Origin: Podarcis vaucheri
Taxonomy: Eukaryota
Assembly (NCBI GenBank): GCA_965113315.1
Contig: OZ220371.1
DNA: 64,000 nt
Strand: one strand, 5' to 3'
Position 1 is the stretch's first letter; every line of letters starts with the position of its first letter. Shown piece after piece: positions 24,911 to 34,494 of the stretch. The position numbers were made by a program, and so were the translations under genes. The notes under the pieces were generated by a model. That model was not told where the DNA came from. It searched no databases and worked only from the letters and a program-made list of their open reading frames with translations.

Positions 24911-26358
24911 TTTTTATTTTTAAATGAATGCATTTCAAGAGGATTTGATCCTTTTCTGTAATACCTCATAGTTACAGTATTGTTATCAGGCAGATTTTTG
25001 TAAGCAAAAGTATTTGTGCCTTTTGCATGCACTTTTGTTTTTGTGGGTTAGGACATGTAATTGCATGTAAAAGTGCACATAAATTTCATAACATTATATA
25101 GAATCCATCACTTGGCCAAGACAACTTTGCTTCCTTTCCTATCAACTTCTTCCCCAGTGCTTCCTTCAATTTTACTTTTATACTTGAGTTGAGAAGTTCA
25201 AAGCTCACACGTCTGATTATTATACAAGGGCCAGGGTGTCTTATCCCCAATAATTTTTAAGGAGCCACTTGAGTGAGTTTCCGTGTCCTGATCCTTAGGA
25301 CAGCCTCCTGATGTATTGCAACCCATTGAAGAAGAGCTTCTTCCAGCTTCCTTCCACCATGGCATAAGTAATATTTACTGTGACAGGGAAGGTGTCCCAT
25401 CCCCCGTCCCCCCAGTGGCATAGAACCCCACAACTCACTTTTCTCTTCCCCATGGTTATCCTCCTCCTTATCCCATCTCACCACTGGCAGAGCCTTAGTT
25501 TCACTCTCTATCCCATCGCCTCTCTCCAGGGCCCCTTCATCACCTTGCTAGTCCCTGGCATTTACTTTGGAATATATCTTTTAATATAATGTAATTGAAA
25601 TGTCATTGAAAGTTAGTATTTGTTGATCTATGAAAGTATGGATATGGGTAATGTTTATACGTAAAATACTATTCAGTGTAGTAGTGACAAGAAAATGGAT
25701 TCAGCCAGAACAGCTCACACAGTTTCCTACAGGCAGCATGAGAGAAAGAAGGGTGCTAGAAAAACGAGGCGAAGAAGCTAATTCAGAGTTCTGGTTTGTT
25801 TGCTTTGAAGGTGACCAGGGGCCTTTCAGTGACCAGGTGCAATTGGCCACTGATGCTGTCTGGGATGAAATATCATCCCAGGCCAATGGAGTTGCTTGTC
25901 TATCCTCCTGACAGCTACCAGAAGGAATGTTTGACTCTGTTGAGATCAATGAAAAATACATTACTTGGAAAATAAACCATTTGAAGAACGGACTCAGAAG
26001 TCCTAAATACAACTTGCATGCTTTTCCATATTTTATCCCTGCCCCTCACCAAAATATGAGGGTTCTGAAAAGCTGTGCTTTGAGGGATGCTACTAGTAAA
26101 ATCAGTCAGGCAACAAGATAGTGCATTCAAGTGGAATGCTAGCATTACATCTAAAAGGGATAAAGTCTTTATACTAAAATGTCAAGGCTGCCTTTTATTC
26201 AGGTCATTGACTGTTTCCAGCAGCTCAATGATATATAAGAATTTTAAGAAGAGTGAGAAGAATACACAGTCATTTATGGTTTGTTGTAAATAGCACTATG
26301 TCTGTGTGTGGTGGTGGTGATATCAATGCTGAGTATTATTGCAGCATACTAAAACTAT

Positions 26359-26712
26359 TGCTGGAGGAGACTCTTGAGAGTCCCATGGTCTGCAAGAAGA
26401 TCAAACGCATCCATTCTTAAGGAAATCAGCCCTGAGTGCTCACTGGAAGGACAGGTCCTGAAGCTGAGGCTCCAATATTTTGGCTACCTCATGAGAAGTG
26501 AAGACTCCCTGGAAAAGACCCTGATGTTGGGAAAGATGGAGGGCACAAGAAGAAGGGGACGACAGAGGATGAGATGGTTGGACAGTGTTCTCGAAGCTAC
26601 AAACATGAGTCTGACCAAACTGCGGGAGGCAGTGGAAGACAGGAGTGCCTGGTGTGCTCTGGTCCATGGGTCACGAAGAGTCGGACACGACTAAACGACT
26701 AAACAAACAACA
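26359..26712 (+). mobile_element. BovB 3' fragment with 14-bp TSD
   Basis: RVPWSARRSNASILKEISPECSLEG..; TSD ACTAAAACTATTGC at 26348-26361 and 26713-26726, with TGC microhomology at the 5' junction. Confidence 0.95.
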
Positions 26713-26782
26713 ACTAAAACTATTGCAGAAATTCTATTTTTATGTAATAGCTGATTTCCTTTTAGTTATCTTTCTCTCTCTT

Positions 26783-26933
26783 AATAATAATAATAATAAT
26801 AAATTTTATTTATATCCCGCCCTCCCCAGCCGAAGCTGGGCTCAGGGCGGCTAACAACAATCAAAATAGTTCAACATTCTAAAACATTCATTATAAAATT
26901 AATTAAATCAAATTAAAATCAAATTAATGGCAA
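26783..26933 (-). mobile_element. L2 3' tail only
   Basis: (AAT)n plus ATCCCGCCCTCCCCAGCCGAAGCTGGGCTCAGGGCGGCTAACA, the same tail as at 7340. Confidence 0.85.
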
Positions 26934-28669
26934 GGTACTTTTAACCATGGGCTGATTTATACAACCAGGTGTACTAGTTATAAACTCCCATTCCATTCCT
27001 GCAACTTATGGCAAGGTAGTGTGCGTTGTGTCTGTTTGGAAGGAAACACTTGCATAACTGCACCAGAGATTCAGAAATGAGTATGGAAGTTCCAGTTTTA
27101 TGTTAAATTAGAAGCAAACTATAAAACAGTTTCTTTGATTTTTCAATGTTGTGTGTTCTTTCAATTTTTTTTTTGTTTTGCTTCAGTGCTCTTTTCAGAA
27201 ATATTTTAGTCAGTTGACTGAATCCTGTGATTCTTCAATGGCATCATAATAACATTTGATGTACTAAAGGGTAACAATTTTGTTCTACTTGCTATTTTGT
27301 TATACAGTTCTGCTTTCCTTCCACTTGTTATTTTTAACAAAAAAAAAAAAACCCTGGATATCTGTTTTTGTTGCTTAAAACTCTGTTTCAAAACAACCCC
27401 TCCCCTGCCCTATACCAATGGAAGCCCAACATAAGTTAGCTTTCAGGGTTTTTGAAAACAGTTTGAAAAGAGGTCTGATAAAACTGACTTTCTGAACTGG
27501 CTTCTGTGGGATAGTGTGGGATAGTGCTTAGAAAATGCCTTGGCTTATCTGAGTTATTTTTGATATGATATTATTTGCTATTGATTTTGGTCAGGATACA
27601 ATCCTCTTGTGCACAGGGTAGAATGAGAAGGACAATTTTCCCTTCTGGATGCATCTTCCCCATCCAACTGAATTTCCTGTAGAGGTTCCTTGAAGGCCAG
27701 GGGTAGCTTTTCAGGTTGCATTAGGGAATGAATATGGAAAACCCTGGGTGCCTGCACTGTGTAGGCTTTTCAGGCTTGGCCTTTTGAAAGAAGAGGGATT
27801 ATGCCATGAAAGAGCAAGTTGCTGAATGTCGGTTTATTATTGCATTTTATAATGTGAATTATAACCTTTGCAAACCATCTCTGTGTTTTAACTTGTATTT
27901 ATAATAATTTATGATATAATATATGTCATCTTGTACATATTCAGAGTGACCTTTTAGGAAATTCCTATTAATGAATATATTTACTACAAAACTATTTCAC
28001 CATTTACTACAAAAGTCATGGTAATTTCTGGATTTCTCCATTGAACTATGCTCCCATGTATGTGTGGTGACAGTCATGCATTGCTATCAAGTATATACAA
28101 TAATATGGCTGTGATCCTGTACACACTTGTCATACATAGCAGGAAGTAAACCCAATTGCACACATGCATAGTTATATTTCAGTGCCCAGAATCCTAAAGA
28201 GATACTTGAAGCCAGCCCAAGCCATCAGGTTATGACTTTTTCCTTTTGAAAAACAAGTGTGTGCCATCTATGCATATTACAACTTATTTCTGAAAAATCC
28301 TATTAAGTTCAGAAAAGGTTTGACATGCGGCTTTATGTGTTGCTGTCCCAGAAGTACCAGTTTTAAAACTCTCTGGGACATAGTCCCATTTTTTGTCTTG
28401 TTTTTAATTTAGTCAAGGCTAATGCCTGTAGGTCAATGATTTCATATATGACATACTGAATTCTATAGTTTTCCAACAGCAGAACATCGTAGCACATTGT
28501 TGAAGAAAATGTAATTAAAATAACTGTTTTCTTTAAAAGGTCAGATTCAAATGGCATGACCAGGCATTCAACATAGAAGCTAATATTGTAAAGTGCATGT
28601 GCAGCAGAAGGCATGTGTGAGTGTGTGTGCATGCCTGTGTTTGTGTGTAGGTTTGACACATCTGTGGCA

Positions 28670-28670
<1 letters not shown>

Positions 28671-28713
<43 letters not shown>

Positions 28714-29128
28714 TATAACCCACCCATCTGGCTAGGTTTCCCCAGCCACTCTGGCTGGCTCCCAACAGAATTAAAAGCACAATAAAACATCAAACATTAA
28801 AAACTTCCCTAAACAGGGCTGCCTTCAGATGTCTTCTAAAAGTCAGATAGTTGTTTATTTCCTTGACATCTTATGGGAGGACATTCCACAGGGTGGGCGC
28901 CACCCCCGAGAAGGTCCTCTGCCTTGTTCCCTGTAACCTCACTTCTCACAGGGAAGTAACTGCCAGAAGGCTCAGTGTCCGGCCTGAACGATGGGGGAGG
29001 TGATGCTCCTTCAGGTACACTGGGCCGAGACTGTTTAGGGCTTTAAAGGTCAGCACCAACACTCACAATTGAACTCAGAAACATATTGGGAGCCAATGTA
29101 GGTCTTTCAGGACCCGTGTTATATGGTC
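28671..29128 (-). mobile_element. L2 3' end with (TTA)n tail
   Basis: Reverse-complement homolog of 57170-57629. Confidence 0.9.
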
Positions 29129-29185
29129 ATAGAAGTAACGTTGGGGCTGGAGAAGAATCCCCCACCCCAGACTGTGGATGTCTAT

Positions 29186-29580
29186 AGGTCTGAGCAATAT
29201 CTGGTTTTCAATATCACGATATATCACCAACTAAACACCACAATATCTTGATATATCATGATATGTATCTGTGGTGGCGGAGGGCCTTGCTGGGCCTTGC
29301 CATGGAAACGGAGGGTTTTGCTGGGTATCCCTGCAGCAGAGGAGGGCCTCACTACAGCAGCGGCAGGCCTTGCTGTGCCTCCCCACAGCTGCTGAGGGCC
29401 TTGCAGTGCCTCCCTGCAGCTGTGGAGGGCCTCCCCAAGCATCCCCACAGAGGTGGAGGGCCCCGTCGCGCCTTTCTGCAGTGGTGGAAGGCCTTGCCAT
29501 GCCTCCCCATGGCAGTGGAGGGCTTTAAAATGTAAGGAAGTAGTAGATTTAATAAAAATATTAAATAAACTTCTCTATAA
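29186..29580. mobile_element. Probable non-autonomous DNA transposon end with GATAT-rich subterminal repeats and a GC-rich ~33-bp minisatellite
   Basis: TAGGTCTGAGCAATATC..(GATATATC) repeats, then about 7 degenerate units of GGAGGGCCTTGC..GCCTCCCC..AG (29275-29525). Only one end is visible. Confidence 0.5.
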
Positions 29581-29593
29581 TATTTTTAACATA

Positions 29594-29835
29594 CAGTGGT
29601 ACCTCAGGTTGCATACGCTTCAGGTTGCATACGCTTCAGGTTACAGACTTCGCTAACCAAGAAATAGTGCTTCAGGTTAAGAGCTTTGCTTCAGGATGAG
29701 AACAGAAATCGTGTTCCGGCGGCGCGACAGCAGCAGGAGGCCCCATGAGCTAAAGTGGTGCTTCAGGTTAAGTACAGTTTCAGGTTAAGTACAGACCTCC
29801 GGAACGAATTAAGTACTTAACCCGAGGTACCACTG
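29594..29835 (+). mobile_element. pogo/Tigger-type MITE, family A
   Basis: TIRs and TA TSD. Confidence 0.93.
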
Positions 29836-30215
29836 TATTTTCAGCTAATTTAAGAATAGTTCAGGTGATTTCCTAGTCAAGTTGCATCTGCTTCCCCACT
29901 CGGAGGTCTAAGTGGAATCTGTTCATGCATAAGCCCCACTGAGTTCAACTAAACTTCTACCTTCCTGGGAGTAAGCCCCATTGAATTCAGTAGGGCTTGC
30001 TTGTAAGTAGATATGTATTTGCTTGCACTGCTTACAAACATCATCTGCACCATTCTCACACAGTACCCAGCCTCCCATTTCAGCAGAAGGCAGCCAGTTA
30101 AATCTTCTCCCCTTGATTTCCCCCTGACACAGAAGCCCCCTCCCAAAAAAAAACCCCATCCCACCAATTTATCCCTTTTTATCAAAGAGAGGGAGGGCAA
30201 GCAAACAAAGACTTA

Positions 30216-31135
30216 CAGTGGTGCCTCGCAAGACGAAATTAATTTGTTCCGCAAGTTTTTTCTTCTTGCGAGTTTTTCGTCTTGTGAAGCACGGTTTCCC
30301 ATAGGAATGCATTGAAAATCAATCAATGCGTTCCTATGGAAACCGCCTTCAGACCAGGTCCGGGGACAGTCTGTCCCCCGACCTCTTCTGAAGGCTGGGG
30401 GGGGGGGACGGACAAAGGCTTTTCTTCCCACCCCCAGCATTTTTAAAAACCCCGGGACAGCGGAGGACTTCTCCGCTGTCCGGGGCGATTTAAAAGCCTC
30501 TGGGAAGGCAGGCAGGGGGGACAAAGACTTTCGCCCCCTGCCAGCCTTCAGAAGAGGTCCTGGACCAAAAGTCTTTGGTCCAGGACCTCTTCTGAAGGTC
30601 CAGCCTTCAGAAGAGGTCCTGGGCAAAAGTCTTTGCTCCCCCCCGCCTGCCTTCAAAAGCCGTCCGGGACAGCGGAGAAATGCAGCGCGTTTGTCCGCTC
30701 TCCTGGGAAGGCAGGCAGGGGGGAGCAAAGACCTTTGCCCCCCGCTGGCCTTCAGAAGAGGTCCAGGACCTCTTCTGAAGGCCGGCGGGGGGCAAAAGTC
30801 TTTGCTCCCCCCCACCTGCCTTCAAAAGCCGTCTGGGATAGCGGGAAACGCTTCCCTGCTATCCCGGACTGCTTTTAAAATGCTGGCGGTGGGGAGCAAA
30901 GCCTTTCGGCCCCCGCCGGCCTTCCTGGACCTCTTCTGAAGGCCGGAGGGGAGGGGAGGCTTTGCTCCCCACCGCCAGCATTTAAAAGAGGTCCCCGGAG
31001 ATTTCCCTATGGGCTTTCTTCTTGCGAAGCAAGCCCATAGGGAAATTCGTCTTGCGAAGCAACTCGCAAACGGAAAACCCTTTTGTCTTGTGGGTTTTCC
31101 GTCTTGCGAGGCATTCGTCTTGTGGGGCACCACTG
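30216..31135. mobile_element. Large (~920 bp) pogo/Tigger-type MITE with foldback interior
   Basis: TA-CAGTGGTGCCTCGCAAGACGAA..TTCGTCTTGTGGGGCACCACTG-TA. Repeated CGCAAGACGAA subterminal motifs and nested internal palindromes. Confidence 0.9.
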
Positions 31136-31465
31136 TAGCCTCCAATCAGCAAACAAACAAACAACCTTCCTTTTTAGTATGGAGGAAAGCTATTTAGGGG
31201 GATAACAAAAATAAAAACACTTCCTCTCTTTTTTTCACTGAGGGAAGAAAGAAAGAAAAGTGCTTTCCACTTCTTTGTTTACATTCCCTGTTCACTTTGC
31301 TGCTGGATCCTTGATTGTCTAGTCATGGGAGATCTCTCCTGGATTGTTAGCAGGTTCTCCATAAGTAGCTGAGCTCTGAGAGTTTTTGAGAGCAGCAAGT
31401 TCTGCTGAAGGAGTTGGGTTGTGTGCTTCTGAGGAGTTAAAATTGGCTGCAGCCTAGGGCTTCTA

Positions 31466-31631
31466 CAGTGGAACCTCGAGTTATGGCGGGGATCCGTTCC
31501 TGAAGCCTCGCCGCAACCCGAAAAAGATGCAACCCAAAGTGTCGCTTCTGAGCATGCACAGACGCGATTTAGCACTTTCCGCAAGCTGAGGGTGAAGTTA
31601 GCCGGAGGCAACATAATCTGAGACTCCACTG
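31466..31631. mobile_element. Short pogo/Tigger-type MITE
   Basis: TA-CAGTGGAACCTCGAGTTATG..CATAATCTGAGACTCCACTG imperfect TIRs. Confidence 0.7.
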
Positions 31632-31908
31632 TGTCCTTATTTTTCAGTGAGGGGAATGACAACAAAGCAGGGACAGAGGTGACTGTCTTCTTGTTGAGGA
31701 AAGTAGCAATAAACATACCAGTAAAGCTGAAAGCCTTGGCAGGTTTGTGTGAGGGCTTATCCTCATTTCTTATCAGTTAGGAGGGAGGAGGGAGAGAGCA
31801 AACAAAGCCTGCAAACAGTTACAGATAGGTAGCCCTGTTGGTCTGCCATAGTCAAAATAAAAAAAATCCTTCCAGTAGCACCTTAAAGACCAACTAAGTT
31901 AGTTCTTG

Positions 31909-31948
31909 GTATGAGCTTTCGTGTGCATGCACACTTCTTCAGATACAC
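31909..31948 (-). ncRNA. Minimal type I hammerhead ribozyme, intact core
   Basis: Minus strand GUGUAU-CUGAAGA-A-GUGUGCAUGCACAC-GAAA-GC-UC/AUAC: CUGANGA and GAAA boxes, palindromic stem II, AGCU stem III, stem I GUAU/AUAC. Confidence 0.85.
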
Positions 31949-32419
31949 TGAAACAGAAGTTGCCAGATCCTTCTATATAGTGAGAAGGTGGGGAGGGGTA
32001 TTACTCAGAAGGGTGGTGGGAATGGGAGATTGGCAGATAGCTGAGATGAGCCTGTTGGCGACTCTTAACGACTGTAATAGGTCTTACAGGAAAAGGCAAG
32101 GGGTGAGAAGGTGAGAAATGGCTCAGTCGTGTATAATGAGATAAGAATCCAATGTCTCTGTTCAGACCAGGTCTCTCCATGGTTTTAAGTTTGGTAATGA
32201 GTTGCAATTCAGCTGTACCTGTGCAAGTTTCTTGGTGAGGTTGATGGACTTCCATTTCATGCGGCTCAATGTGGTGCCTTCCATGGTTCCAGTTACAGAT
32301 AGCTAGCCGTGTTGGTCTGCCATAGTCAAAATAAAAAAATTCCTTCCAGTAGCACCTTAAAGACCAACTAAGTTAGTTCTTGGTATGACTGGAAAGAGAA
32401 GCTGCTGAATTGCAACTCA

Positions 32420-32459
32420 GTGTATCTGAAGAAGTGTGCATGCACACGAAAGCTCATAC
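32420..32459 (+). ncRNA. Minimal type I hammerhead ribozyme, intact core
   Basis: GTGTAT-CTGAAGA-A-GTGTGCATGCACAC-GAAA-GC-TC-ATAC on plus, inside the inverted segment. Confidence 0.85.
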
Positions 32460-32645
32460 CAAGAACTAACTTAGTTGGCCTTTAAGGTGCTACTGGAAGG
32501 AATTTTTTTATAAAGCCTGCAAACTATCTGCAAACTATCTGTAAAGTATCCATTCAGCTGAGCTATCCCCCCCCCCCAAGCTGTCAAGTCTCAACCTTTT
32601 GTTCACTGGTATATTGCCTTGTTTAAGTACTTATCCACAATGTTA

Positions 32646-32887
32646 CAGTGGTACCTCGGGTTACATATGCTTCAGGTTACAGACACTTCAGGTTACAGAC
32701 TCCACTAACCCAGAAATAGTACCTCGGGTTAAGAACTTTGCTTCAGGATGAGAACAGAAATCGTGCTCCAACTGCGCGGCAACAGCAGGAGGCCCCATTA
32801 GCTAAAGTGGTGCTTCAGCTTAAGAACAGTTTCAGGTTAAGAACGGACCTCTGGAACGAATTAAGTACTTAACCCAAGGTACCACTG
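32646..32887 (+). mobile_element. pogo/Tigger-type MITE, family A
   Basis: TIRs and TA TSD. Confidence 0.93.
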
Positions 32888-32897
32888 TATTTCAATA

Positions 32898-33143
32898 CAG
32901 TCCTACCTTGGTTCTCAAACAGAATCCCTTCCAAAAGTCTGTTGACTTCTGAAAACGTTCAAAAGCCAAGGCATGACTTCCGATTGGCTGCAGGAGTTTG
33001 CTGCACTAAATCAGAAGCCACGAAAGCCGCGACGGATGTTCGGCTTCTAAAAAAAGTTTGCAAACCTGAACACTCACTTTTGGGTTTGCGGCATTCGCAA
33101 GTCAAAACTTTAGAGTTACAGAGCGTTTTCAACGGTTTGACGA
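32898..33143. mobile_element. Older pogo/Tigger-type MITE (different family)
   Basis: Starts TA-CAGTCCTACCTTGGTT; right TIR degraded. Confidence 0.5.
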
Positions 33144-33503
33144 TTTATTTCACAGCCCTAGATGTCTAGTTGAGAAACATTCTTTCCAGTTAGTTATGGT
33201 GGTCTTATACTTGACTATATCTTTTAATACTAATGTGCACTAGTAAAACGGAGGTTCCGGAGACTGCATGTAAAGCTGAAATCAAGGAATAGCCAGAACA
33301 ATCCTGTTCTGGTGTGACCATTTCTACCTTTCCAGAGCTGGTGCACCAAGCAGACCTTGTCCTCCATGTAAAGCAGAGAGCTTTTAAGCCTAGCTTCCCA
33401 GGCCCTCGGAAGGTCTCACATGCGCTCTTCAGCCCTTCATGAGATCTCACATAGCCCCGTAAGATCTTGCAAGACCTTCCCAGAACTCTGACGGCAAGTC
33501 TGT

Positions 33504-33563
33504 GAGAGCTTAAAAGTTATGATGCATAAAGTGCTCTTTATGCATCATAGCTTTTAAGCTCTC
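33504..33563. repeat. Near-perfect 60-bp inverted repeat (28-bp arms, 4-nt loop)
   Basis: GAGAGCTTAAAAGTTATGATGCATAAAG-TGCT-CTTTATGCATCATAGCTTTTAAGCTCTC, with one G-T mismatch. Confidence 0.9.
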
Positions 33564-34021
33564 TGCCTTGCATGTGTTTAATTTGTGCAATTGCGTGAGG
33601 CTGGCTGCCAAGCGCGCCTATTGCAAGGTGACTGTATACAAATGAATAAGGATTTTGCAGGGACAGTTACTTGGACTTGTAGCAAAGTCACAGATGCAAG
33701 AAATAAATTAGTTGAGGGCTCAGCAAGTCGCTGAGTGAATCAATCTCTTCCTTGAGAAAATTCTGAGCTGTATATAGAACTTCCAGGAAAGTAGTCTCTT
33801 CAGCAGAATGTATTTGAGCTGTTGACAGTTATTTGCACTAACCTGTCTCCGCTCTCACTTTACGTGCCCTTTCTGCCCTTTATGTCTCTCCAGACTCCCC
33901 CAGGTGCACTGGAATTGTACTTCAAACTGCAGTTCTTAGCATTTGAGCTGTGTCAATCTGAGGTTGCTTACACAGGTCTTTCAGTGTTGTGAATCTACAA
34001 AGCTACCCGTATTTAAAATTA

Positions 34022-34260
34022 CAGTGTTACCTCGGGTTACATACACTTCAGGGTACATACGCTTCAGGTTACAAACTCTACTAACCCAGAAATAGTACCT
34101 CGGGTTAAGAAATTTGCTTCAGGATGAGAACAGAAATTGTGCAGCGGCGCAGCAGCAGCGGGAGGCCCCATTAGCTAAAGTGGTGCTTCAGGTTAAGAAC
34201 AGTTTCAGGTTAAGTACGGACCTCTGGAATGAATTAAGTACTTAACCCGAGGTACCACTG
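34022..34260 (+). mobile_element. pogo/Tigger-type MITE, family A
   Basis: TIRs and TA TSD. Confidence 0.93.
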
Positions 34261-34494
34261 TAGTGCAGTTATGTCTCTGGCTGCTTCTCTTGTTAACATT
34301 AATATGTCTGTTCATCCAAGACTGGAACTTGTATCATTATCCATTCATCACATAGCTTTAAACATTATCCTTTGTTCAAGGTAATGTCATGAAATATATT
34401 ATTCAAGACTAAAAAACACCTGCAGATTTCCCTTTTCCTTCTTGAGACATATTTTTCACTGCCCAACAGGGTTTAGCAGAAGGTAAGGAAGGTC

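Larger units (their letters stand above)
31817..32511 (-). mobile_element. Penelope-like (Poseidon-type) retroelement: internally deleted, tandem pseudo-LTRs, inverted 5' segment, 13-bp TSD
   Basis: TSD AAAGCCTGCAAAC at 31804-31816 and 32512-32524. Minus strand has the GIY-YIG C-terminus AELQLITKLKTMERPGLNRDIGFLSHY joined to the ORF start MEGTTLSRMKWKSINLTKKLAQVQ. Direct repeat 31817-31914 / 32292-32388. Inverted piece 32387-32511. Confidence 0.9.

Noticed and set aside
30213-31197. Cluster of overlapping GC-rich ORFs; repeats resembling a CRISPR array
   Set aside because: Stop-poor palindromic MITE interior. No unique spacers, no cas genes, eukaryotic DNA.
32205-32225. Penelope internal deletion as a spliced intron
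   Set aside because: The donor-like CAG/GTACAG is retained at the junction rather than removed, so it does not fit GT-AG splicing.
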